Shown piece by piece: positions 21,644 through 31,875 of a stretch of DNA of 64,000 nucleotides. The DNA comes from Catajapyx aquilonaris. Lineage: Eukaryota. The translations under genes were made by a program, and so were the position numbers. The notes beneath the pieces were generated by a model. That model ran no database searches. It was not told the DNA's origin and saw only the letters and a list, made by a program, of their open reading frames with translations. The stretch is taken from assembly GCA_000934665.2 (NCBI GenBank), contig JYFJ02001477.1, positions 1 through 64,000 on the forward strand. The letters run 5' to 3'. Each line of letters opens with the position of its first letter. Positions within the stretch are counted from its first letter, which is position 1.

Positions 21644-21681
21644 CAGGCGTCCGAATGCACCTCAAATCTAAGATGGCCGCC
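21644..21681 (+). promoter_or_regulatory. ZNF-type promoter motif
   Basis: CAGGCGTCCGAATGCACCTCAAATCTAAGATGGCCGCC; donor AAG|GTGAGT at ~21760 and acceptor at 21964. Confidence 0.65.
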
Positions 21682-21968
21682 CTCTTATCGATTTAAGGCA
21701 GATATGTCTTCATTATTTAATTAATTGCTAGCCAATTAACCCATGGAATCCGACGAAAGGTGAGTGGACAGGTAGGCTGACGGGACGGGCTGGGAATGGG
21801 ACGGGTCGGATGATCCTAATTATGATGCCGCTTGCTCCAGAAGGAAGAATATGACAAGGAAATGGTTAAAAAGGTGTCACCATAATGAGCCTTTTACCTT
21901 CTGATGCCAAATTAATGGTTCAAAGGGCTCGTTGCACATTTTTCTGACTATGGCCCACTTTCAGGAGC

Positions 21969-23063
21969 ATGTCGTTGGGACTGAGAGTCAAGAGGGACGT
22001 CGAGGAAGCCGGTACGACAATGATGCTGCAGGTGAAGCAAGAGAATCCATCATGCTTGGACAATGAGTCGGATGATTTCAACGAAGCTCTTCAGGAGGTG
22101 AAGCAGGAGGCAGAGGAAGAGATGGTTGTGGCCAACCCGGAGGTGGATGACGTGGACGATCCTTTAGACATATCGACAAACTGCAAAAATGGCAGGAAGA
22201 AGCAGTCATTCAGCTGCGATATTTGTAAGAAAAGTTTGAGAAACAGTTGGCAGTTGAAGCGCCACATGATGATCCACACGGGTGAGAAGCGGTACTGTTG
22301 TTACGTGTGCCAGAAAAGGTTTACAGACCAATACAACATGAAAGTTCATATCAGGACGCACACGGGAGAGAAGCCGCATTGTTGTCCCATCTGCAACAAA
22401 GAGTTTACACAGAAATCCAGGTTGAAAGTGCATGTAATGACGCACACCAATGAGAGACCGTTCAGTTGCGAGATCTGTCGAAAACGGTTTCCAGAAGCGT
22501 ACGTGCTGAAATGCCACATGAAAGTGCACACTAAAGAAAAGCGGTACTGTTGTCAAGTGTGCCAGAAAATGTTCACATGGTCATCCAGTCTAAAAACACA
22601 TGTCCGTGTACAACACAATAAGGGGGAAAAGCAGTTCAGTTGCCAAGTATGTCAGAAAACATTTTCTAACGCATACCACCTGAAACGTCACATGAGATCG
22701 CACACTGGCGATAAACCATTTCGTTGCGCCATTTGCCAGAAAAAGTTTGCCCAGGCGTACAACCTGAAAACTCACTTTAGGATACAGCATGTGGGTGAAA
22801 AGCTGTTTAGCTGCTCCGTGTGCCAGAAAACATTCACGAAGGAGTCCAACCTGAAGTGCCACTCCAGAGTCCACACTGGAGAAAGGCCGCATTGTTGCGA
22901 CTTGTGCCAGAAGACGTTTGCTCAGGCAGCCAACTTGAAGAGTCACATGAGATGTTGCGGAAGAAATGAGCCGTTTGTTAGTTGTCCCCAGTGCAACAAA
23001 ACCTTTGCTAGGTCGTGCGGGTTGAAAGTTCACATGCGGGTTCACGCTAGAGAAAAAGTTTGA
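21969..23063 (+). CDS. C2H2 zinc-finger protein C (10 fingers, one C2HC-like), single coding exon
   Basis: 364-aa ORF with VKQE x2, DDPLDIS and tandem fingers; an 11th intact finger lies in frame after the TGA. Confidence 0.9.
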   Translation: MSLGLRVKRDVEEAGTTMMLQVKQENPSCLDNESDDFNEALQEVKQEAEEEMVVANPEVDDVDDPLDISTNCKNGRKKQSFSCDICKKSLRNSWQLKRHMMIHTGEKRYCCYVCQKRFTDQYNMKVHIRTHTGEKPHCCPICNKEFTQKSRLKVHVMTHTNERPFSCEICRKRFPEAYVLKCHMKVHTKEKRYCCQVCQKMFTWSSSLKTHVRVQHNKGEKQFSCQVCQKTFSNAYHLKRHMRSHTGDKPFRCAICQKKFAQAYNLKTHFRIQHVGEKLFSCSVCQKTFTKESNLKCHSRVHTGERPHCCDLCQKTFAQAANLKSHMRCCGRNEPFVSCPQCNKTFARSCGLKVHMRVHAREKV

Positions 23064-23703
23064 TGCGACATGTGTCAGAGAGAGTTTACTCGCGCATCTA
23101 GTCTAACGCGGCACATGTCCGTGCATACTCAGAGGACGAGCCATTTACTCGTGAACAATGCCAGTTGTTAAAATGCACTTTTAATGAGTTGTTAATCTGT
23201 AGTGTCCATTTCAGCTAATTGTTTTACTGTCAATTTTGTCAATTATTATCATTAATATTTTGCTACATAATGTAGCTAATTGTTTGGTTTTTAATTTTAT
23301 TGTCAATAATTAATGATTTTTTTTGCTACGTAAGCTATGCATATAAGTTGTTCAATAATTGCTATGCCCATTGTAGCTAATTGTTTTATTATTGCTATTA
23401 TTGTCAATTTATTATTAATATTGTTTTGCTCATTTAATTGTGATGCCCATTGCAGGTAATTGTTATGTTATTAATTTTTCATCTCTCATCTACATAAGCC
23501 CATCATATATAACTTGTTCATTATATTATTGTGATGTGTATTGTAGCTAATTTTGTTATTAATCATTGCCGATTATTAATTTTTGCTACATAAGCTAATT
23601 TGTAGCTAATTTTCTTATTGTAATTATTTTTTGTCGATTTTGCTACACAAGCAGTTATTTTTAGTGTTACGTTTTGTTGCTAATATATAACTGCCAACCT
23701 TAA

Positions 23704-25149
23704 CCCTTTGATGACGGAGTTTTTTTTCCCTCTTTTCCGGAAATTTTATGACCTCGCCGATTTTCTTGAAATTCGGTGCATTGGTAGCCCACACCAAGGG
23801 ATGACAAACCCACCTATAGGTCCCTGCTCGACATGACCCTGTGACCCATATTGGAGGGGGACATATGTCAATGCGCCGAATTTCAAGAAAATTTGTGACT
23901 GGCACTTGCAAAGTCTCCCTTGTTATTCACTAAGGCGGGTAGTACGTGTACGCAAAAAATGTAAGTGTAGTAGGAATCAGATCATAATAAACTTTTGAAA
24001 AAGTGGAAGGGTTGTAAATTGCAACAGTGCAAGGTTTAGGACCGGACGGGAAAGAGGAGAGTCACTCTCAGATTAGGACGACCGGGTCCTCGCCTCGGGC
24101 TTGTACCAGCTGGGGAAGTGAGGCTCCGAAAATAAGCTGATGAATTTTTTATGGGTGACTCTTTTTGCATTTTTGACAGCAAATATGAATTCTAAGGCGT
24201 CTAAAACCTATATTTTCATACTTGATTCATATCAGACATGTCACAAATAGGAAATTCTTTCATCTGCACATCAAGTTTTTCTTTACATGCACGTGGCCTA
24301 TTTGTGACATGCCTGATACGAATCAAGTATGAAAATATGGGTTTTAGACGCCTTAGAATTCATATTTGCTGTCAAAAATGCAAAAAGAGTCACCCATAAA
24401 AAATTCATCAGCTTATTTTTGGAGCCTCACTTCCCCAGCTGGTACAAGCCCGAGGCGAGGACCCGGTCGTCCTAATCTGAGAGTGACTCTCCTCTTTCCC
24501 GTCCGGTCCTAAACCTTGCACTGTTGCAATTTACAACCCTTCCACTTTTTCAAAAGTTTATTATGATCTGATTCCTACTACACTTACATTTTTTGCGTAC
24601 ACGTACTACCCGCCTTAGTGAATAACAAGGGAGACTTTGCAAGTGCCAGTCACAAATTTTCTTGAAATTCGGCGCATTGACATATGTCCCCCTCCAATAT
24701 GGGTCACAGGGTCATGTCGAGCAGGGACCTATAGGTGGGTTTGTCATCCCTTGGTGTGGGCTACTAATGCACCGAATTTCAAGAAAATCAGTGAGGTCGA
24801 AATTTTATGATTTGACCTCTGCCCCCCTCAAAATTGGGTCACTTGGTCATTTTGATCAGGTAACTATAGGTGCGTTTTTCATCCCTTGGGGTGGACTACC
24901 AATGCACCAAATTTCAAGAAAATCGGTGAGGTCGAAATTTTATGATTTGACCTCTGCCCCCCTCAAAATTGGGTCATGAGGTCATTTTGATCAGGTAACT
25001 ATAGGTGCGTTTTTCATCCCTTGGGGTGGGCTACCAATGCACCGAATTTCAAGAAAATCGGTGAGGTTGAAATTTTTTGCGTTGAAAAATGACCCAAGTT
25101 GGCAGGCCAAATCTCCGGAAATCATATGATGGACGTAGGCAGCAAAAGG
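23704..25149. mobile_element. TTAA-flanked piggyBac-like non-autonomous element containing a ~1.05-kb palindrome and 135-bp tandem repeats
   Basis: TTAA|CCCTTTGATGAC...GGCAGCAAAAGG|TTAA. Arms 23750-24251 and 24297-24798 are near-perfect reverse complements; 135-bp units start at 24781, 24916 and 25051. Confidence 0.7.
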
Positions 25150-25641
25150 TTAATGAACATTACAATTAATTGAAACATTAATATGTGTGTAGTTATTAGA
25201 AAACTGTTAACTTTGCAGACTTGTATAAATTTTATAAATTGCACATGTATCTATGGATTTCATTATTTATTATTGTAGTTATCATCACCATGTTTTAGTC
25301 CTAAAGCACTTTTACAGCTTGCTAATATCCCACGTTATTGTAAAAATGCCAAAGTTTGTTTGTTTGTCCACACGCATGGTTACCGTGGCTACTGCATGGT
25401 TGCGATGGTATCAGCAATTTGTTGTTCGTGCAATAAAAATAATGCATTTCTCCGGGTTGCAAGTGAGATAATTAACCATTAACCTATTGGAAAACGTGTT
25501 TAAAATAATATCGAATAATTTTTTTTAAAAAAAAGAGCGAGTAGCGACTCGCTGATAACGTGCAAGGTAGCGGTTACTATCACTAGCAGCGATTGTGACG
25601 GCTACTTGTTAATAGCGCTTACTAACAATCCGGTTTTTGAG

Positions 25642-25681
25642 CAGCCGTCCGAATGCACCTTTGAAATCCAAGATGGCCGCC
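25642..25681 (+). promoter_or_regulatory. ZNF-type promoter motif
   Basis: CAGCCGTCCGAATGCACCTTTGAAATCCAAGATGGCCGCC, preceded by TAGCG-rich words. Confidence 0.65.
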
Positions 25682-25818
25682 CTTTTCACATTTGGTTTTC
25701 GTTTCTGTCACAATTTATTTTGATTTTAAGATTTTATTCGGTTAAAATTTGTTTAAAAAGTGAGTGGGCATATTGTATTGGAGGATTGGGAGGACATTTA
25801 AGCCGCATTTAGAGAACA

Positions 25819-27149
25819 ATGTCGTTGGGAGTGAGGGTCAAGGAGGAGTTGAATGAAGCGGAGGATGAGAGCTTCACAGTGGAAGAGGATTGGAAGGTGC
25901 GGATCAAGGAAGAGACGCCTTCGTTCCTGGACAACCATTCGACCTTTGACACGGAGACCCTACAGGAGGTCAAGCAGGAGGAAGAGATGGTAGTGATCAA
26001 GCCGGAAGTGGACGACGCAGAAGACCCTTTAGGTTACATGCTGTCCGCACCGGAATGTCAGGTACGTTTAATGCCGTTTATACCATTGCATGTGTATTGC
26101 ACAATGTTTCATGTGGATATGCGTAACATATGCTGCAGAGTTGCCATGGACATGTTGCCGCAGTAGGGACAAACAAGCATTGCCTTTTTAAAAAAATATT
26201 ATAATAGCGATGATGTGCATTTCAGAGGACGGAAGAGAAAGCTGAACGTGAAGAGAGGAAACAGCTGGAGACCAGGAAACAACAGGCTGAAAGGAACGTG
26301 TTAAAGCGCAATGCTGATCGCACTAAAAATATGGCAACGCATGCAAATGAGACGTCAATTACCTGCCCGGTGTGTCAGAAACGGTTTAAGGACAGCTGGA
26401 AACTGAAGCGTCACGCCGGAGTACACGCTGCTGTCCGCACCACGCGGAAGCGACATTGTTGCGGTGTATGCCAGAAGCCATTTATGTCAATGTCCAAATT
26501 GGATGCTCATATGCGGACGCACACTGGGGAAAGACCGTTTGATTGCAGTGTGTGCGGAAGACAGTTGAAAGACGCAGCTTCATTGCGATATCATATGAGG
26601 ACGCACACGGGGGAGAAACCATTTGGTTGTCACACTTGCAACAAAAAGTTTGTGAAGATTTCACAGTTGAATGCTCACGTCAGGACGCACACGGGAGAGA
26701 GCCTCACATGCCGCATCTGCCAGAAAAAGTTTACAGGCATGTCCATACTGAAAGTTCATATCCGAACACACACCGGGGAGAGGCCATTCAATTGCAACAT
26801 CTGTGAGAAACGGTTCAATGAACCGAGTCATCTGAAGAGCCACATGCGAACTCACACTGGAGAAAAGCCGTACTGTTGCGACGTTTGCCAAATGAAGTTT
26901 GCTCAGTCCTCCAACTTAAAAACTCATGTTAGTACGCAACACACGGGTCGGAAGATGTGTAGTTGTCCGGTGTGCCAGAAGACGTTCACCGCATCGTCCA
27001 GCTTGAAGTCCCACATGAGAACTCACACTGGGGAGAAGCCGTTTGGTTGCGACACGTGCCAGAGACGGTTTGCTCAGCCGTCCACTTTGAAACGTCACAT
27101 GTCTACTCACTTTCAAAGTACGAACAATTCATCTGCCGAGCATGACTAG
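25819..27149 (+). CDS. C2H2 zinc-finger protein D (9 fingers); exons 25819-26061, 26226-27149
   Basis: N-terminus MSLGVRVKEE..IKEE..VKQE..IKPE..EDPL is paralogous to ZNF C; phase-0 intron; 9 fingers. Confidence 0.9.
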
Positions 27150-27557
27150 TAATTGGCAACTAATCTGTAAGTACGTATTTATCAGTTAGCATTAAACGTC
27201 ATTGAAAATTCCGACACAGTATGTTTTATTGGGTACGTTCCTCGCCTGTTTTCATGCTAATGTAATCAACAGCCAATTGTTTTTTGATGCAATGCGAACT
27301 CGTTGCCATGGACAACTCATGGATAACTCGTTGCCATGGAAAAACAATCAAGCAAGTAAACTATCCCTTTGGACACCCAAATAATATTGTGCAGATCCGA
27401 ATTTATGGCATGGCAACCTACTTCCATGCCACGGCAACCTGGACAAACAAACGAACTTTACCTGATATGTACGATTTTTCGCCAATGAAATGACTTGTGG
27501 TGGTGCGGCATTAATTTATTATGATAATATAAAGTGTGTTCATTTGCATTCTTCCTT

Positions 27558-29293
27558 TCACTCTTTGGGCGGCGCGTTTGCGGCTATCTTTTTGAGTTCC
27601 GACTGAGTTACGTCTCGATCCCAGGCCACCAGTTTGGAGTTGAGGGACGCGGTCAGCTGATGGTAGGCCTGCAGCAGTTGCTGGGTCTGCTCCGCCACCC
27701 GCTGCTGCCTCTCGGCCTGAGCCGCCTGGACGCTCGCGTTCTCCTTGAGCCGTCCGGTCAGACTCGGAGTGCCCCGCAGATGCTCGCTCTCAAGCACGGG
27801 GCTCAGAGCGGTCAGCCGCTCCAGACAGTCCACCTGATGGCGCAGTCTGGGCTCAGCCTCCAGCACCAGCGCAAGCTGCGCATCCGGATCCGGATCGCCA
27901 GGCCCGGCTCCTAGCGAGGCAGCCAGGCACCGGTCGATCTCCTCGATGCGGCGCATGGCAACCTCAGTCCGGTCACGCCCAGACACGAGGTTGGCCAGTC
28001 TGCTGCCGTAACTGGACAACCATCCCGACACCTGGAAAAGCAAACAACGATCATCAGCAATCTCGCATTTACATACATGAAAGTCAAGGTTTGTTGAAGT
28101 TTTTCCATGTCAACAGGGTTTCATGGCAACTGGTTACCACGCATAATATTATCTATATAATTATGAAAGGCAAAGGTTGTTTGTTCACAGCAACAGTTAC
28201 ATGACAGCTGGGTGACTACATCGCAACAGGGTTACATGGCAACCAGTTGCCATACATATAAACATCAACAATGAAAAGGACGATGTGTGTTTGCCCATGA
28301 CGACAGAGTAACATGGCAACCAGTTACCATCAGTAACATAATCTACATAGTTATAAAAGGCTAAGTTTGTTCATCCACAGCAAGTTACATGACAACTGAG
28401 TTACATGGCAACCGGTAACCATATGTAACATCAACAATGAATAAGGCAACGTTTGTTTGTCCATGGCAACAGGGTTTTACGGCAATGGATTTACACGGCA
28501 ACCGGTTACCATAACATCGACAATGAATACGGCAAAGCTTGTCTGTCCATGGCAACAGGTTGCCACAATATAAAAACATCTACATAATTATATAAAAGGT
28601 GAAGTTTGTGTGTTTGTCCACGTCAACAGGGTTTCATGGCAACTGGTTACGATAACATCAACAATGAATACGGAAAAGTTCGTCCGTCCATGGCGACTGG
28701 TTGCTACGATATAAAAACATCTACATAATTATAAAGAAGGTAAAGAGTTTGCGTGTTTGTCCACATCAGCAGGGTTTCACGGCAATGGATTTACACTGCA
28801 ACCGGTTACGATGTCATCAACAAGGAATACGGCAAAGTTTGTCCGTCCATGGCGACTGGTTGCTGTGATATCAACAACTTTTAAAAACCCAAAAATCTGC
28901 ATGCTGAACCTGCTGTGAAATGCGAGTGGTTCAGAACATGGGATTCTGAATGCGTACATATTTTTTTGTGTACATGACATACTGCACATGTCTAAAAGGC
29001 AAAGTTCGTTTGTATGTTTGTCTATGGCAACAGAGTTATACATGGCAACCCGTTGCTAATATGATGTCGACAATTTCTTTTAAATACAACAAACTTCCAC
29101 ATACTGAACCGCTTTACAGCAACTACAGTCTTTACTTTAGCGGCGGTTCGCGTAATTAGTCTGCAATTAGCCCAGGGTGTGTCATTACGTCGTAGTTGAT
29201 GTCGAAGTTGGCCTGGCCGCCTGTTCCGTACACCTTCCGCTCCAGCTGCTCCAGCCGCTCCTCCAGGATCTCTAGGGACGTCCTGGAATCCAT
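27558..29293 (-). CDS. DCTN3: Dynactin subunit 3 (p22/p24); exons 29293-29189, 28031-27558 (192 aa)
   Basis: MDSRTSLEILEERLEQLERKVYGTGG...LSPVLESEHL...LLQAYHQLTASLNSKLVAWD matches the DCTN3 pattern (LERWVYG, LVPMLDSAHI, LLEEYN..LSKQFVQWD); GT-AG phase-0 intron. Confidence 0.88.
28100..29060. repeat. Degenerate tandem repeat rich in CATGGCAAC / GTTTGTCCA filling the DCTN3 intron
   Basis: More than 10 recurrences of (C)ATGGCAAC-type words and TCAACAATGAA / TCTACATAATTATA blocks; related pieces at 26140, 27300-27450, 32510-32740 and 33850-34290. Confidence 0.75.
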
Positions 29294-29349
29294 CTGGGAC
29301 TTAAAATTGAGCCGGAAATTAAAAGCCTAATTAAAAACGAGAGAATCGA

Positions 29350-30150
29350 ACAAGTACTTTCCAGGCCTAATTACAAAATCACGTCGCGGGTTGGACAGTC
29401 GCCGCTACTTTTCCGGGGTAGCAGTTCGAATCGCGGCTACTTTTGTAACAGCTCAAATCAAATACGCTCCCTCCAAAATCGAAGTAATGCTGTGACTGGA
29501 ATCGCTCCAAACATGGCTGGAAAATTAAGCTTAATTTACAAGTTAATGGAACAGTACATGCCTAATAATTACACATTCCATCCGTGCTTTGGAATCACCG
29601 CGCTACTTGTGTGAAATAACGTTCAAATCACATTATTCCGCGCTCCAGGCTGTCCAGCCGCTTCAGAATCTCCAGGAAAGTACTGGAATCGCCCCCAAAA
29701 ATGACCTAAAATGCTTACATCCTACAGTAATGTACTCTCCGGGCCTATAATTACAATAAATCTCAAATCTCGTCACGGTTTATGCGATCATCAACCGCTA
29801 CTTGCGAGATATAACAGTTCAAATCACCCACTGCTCCAGGCGGTGGCACAGGATGTCCAGGCGCTGTTCCCGGAAAGTCCTGGAATTCCATTATTTAAAA
29901 AATGTCTGGAGAAGCTTAATTGCAAGTAAATCCGTGCTGGCCTAATTACAATAATCACACGTGCTTTACACTGACTTTATCCATTCCAGGCGCTTTTCCA
30001 GAATTTCCAGGGAAGTCCTGGAATCCATTTGAATGGAAAACAGTGCAATTCCAGGCCTAATTACTAATTTCATCGCTGTTTAGACTCGCCGCTACGCAGT
30101 TCAAATCACCGTTACTTGTTGAGGTAACCGCTACTAAGACTGCTATTAGT
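29350..30150 (-). promoter_or_regulatory. DCTN3 upstream region made of about 5 degenerate repeats (GGCCTAATTAC...CCGCTACT...GTTCAAATCAC)
   Basis: Units start near 29361, 29560, 29741, 29938 and 30051; on the minus strand they read AGTAGCGG, as in the ZNF promoters. Confidence 0.5.
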
Positions 30151-30169
30151 AATTGCATGTAATACCGTC

Positions 30170-30350
30170 CCAGCTGGCCATCTGCTGGTCACTCCTGCCA
30201 TCTAGTGACAGATTCGCTAACTATTAATGGTGCTGCTACCTAGCGTGTGCTTGGCTAACTACAGGACACGACTGGACCGGTGCTGCCACCTAGCCTCGAC
30301 TTGGCTGAACACTCGACGGTCCTGCCACCTGTCGCGGGACGGCCGAACTA
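30170..30350 (-). promoter_or_regulatory. Array of five co-oriented CTCF-like motifs (putative insulator)
   Basis: Minus-strand cores CCAGCAGATGGCCAG, CACTAGATGGCAGG, CGCTAGGTAGCAGC, GGCTAGGTGGCAGC and CGACAGGTGGCAGG, resembling the CTCF core CCASYAGRKGGCRS. Confidence 0.65.
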
Positions 30351-30979
30351 TATGAAACGAAAGTGGCGCAAGCGCGGGGCATAGGAAAAAATCAACCGGG
30401 CGAGTCTCTGGCCCGCCTAGTGTAGTCGTAGTGCTGCTCTCACCAGGCAGGCAGGCAGAGGCAGGGCGTGGTGGAGCTAGGGGCAGAGCTAGGGGCAAGA
30501 CTCCTGGGAGGGGGCCGCCCCGGGGCCAAAACCGGCTCTTTGGGAACTGGAAAGGAAGAGTGTCCCCCACCCCTGCAGCTGTGGTTTGAAAAAAAGGGTA
30601 GGTGCTGGCCTGTCAAAAAGGAAAGGGGCGTCGCCGACGTCGATGGCGCCGACGTCTAAGCCCAAAATAGATCTATGGGGAAAAGAGGGGGGAAGGACCC
30701 CTTCGGCTTTCGGGAGGGGGCGGACGGGGGAATAATCAAGCCGTAAAGGTAACAACTCTCTTATTGCTCCGACATGTACACACAGTTTGTACAGACAACA
30801 TAAACACTGCTGGAATCACACACAAAAAACATTAGACAGACGTCGCTATAATAATAGAATAACAACAATTCCAATAGATAAGTCAATAAATAAACCCAGA
30901 CGCTCAGAATAAGTATTATCAACATTTGTATACGTTTTTATTCATATGCCGTCGTATATGTGCGTATACAAGGAAATGT

Positions 30980-31875
30980 AATGCATTTATCCATTACTTA
31001 TTTATTTGGTTACTTATCTATTTAACCACTTCGTTAGTTCTTTAGTTACCTCTTTGCTTATTTAGTAAGCTAACTGTTCATTTATTTAGTCACTTTGCTG
31101 TTTATTCAGGTTATTTAGTAGCGTGCAAGGAAATGTAATGCATTTGTCGATTAATTATTTAGTTATTTAATTAGTTGGTTATTTACTTACTGCATATGGA
31201 TTTAGCAATTTAATGAGTCAGCCATTTATTCATTTAGCCATTTAGTTAGCTAGCTACTTATTTATTTATTTAGGCAGTTAACTATTCATTTATTTGGTCA
31301 GCTATTTAGTTATTATGGCTGTTTATTTAGTTATTTGGGTGGCTAGTTATTTAGGTATTTATTTAATTAGTTATTTATTTATTTAATTAGTTATTTATTT
31401 GGCTATTTATTTATTTAGTTATTTATTTGGTTGGCAAGTTATTTAGTTATTTATTGAGTTATTTATTTAATTCGTTATTTATTTAATTAGTTATTTATTT
31501 AATTATTTACTTATATGTATGTATTTAGCCATTTAGTGAGTTAGCTATTTATTTATTCATTCAGCCATTAAGTGAGTTAGCTATTTGCTATTTATTCATT
31601 CGGCCATTTAGTTAGCTGTAGATACTTATTTTTATTTATTTATTTAATTAGTCAGTCAGTTAGCTATTTATTTATGTAGTTATTTAGTTAGTTACCTATC
31701 TCTTTCTTTAGTTATCTAGTTATTTAGTCAGCCAGTTAGTTATCCATTTATTTATATATAGTTATTTAGTCAGCCAGTTAGTTATCCATTTATTTATATA
31801 TAGTTATTTAGTTAGCATGTTACCTATAGCTGTTTATTTAGTTATTTAGCGATTTAATTTGTTTGTTTGTTTGTG
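30980..31875. repeat. AT-rich low-complexity (TATT/TAGT)n tract
   Basis: Continuous TTATTTAGT/TTATTTATT-type degenerate tetramers. Confidence 0.9.

Noticed and set aside
23061..23063. Selenocysteine codon in ZNF C
   Set aside because: The TGA is in the linker, not at a zinc-ligand Cys, and I could not identify a SECIS element in the AT-rich 3' region.
24662..24979. 105-aa repetitive ORF as a transposase fragment
   Set aside because: It derives from the 135-bp subterminal tandem repeats and has no DDD/E motifs.
30360..30760. Telomerase RNA, RNase P/MRP or 7SK gene
   Set aside because: No CCTAA-type template, no P4 consensus and no 7SK terminal motifs were found by eye; kept only as an unexplained island.
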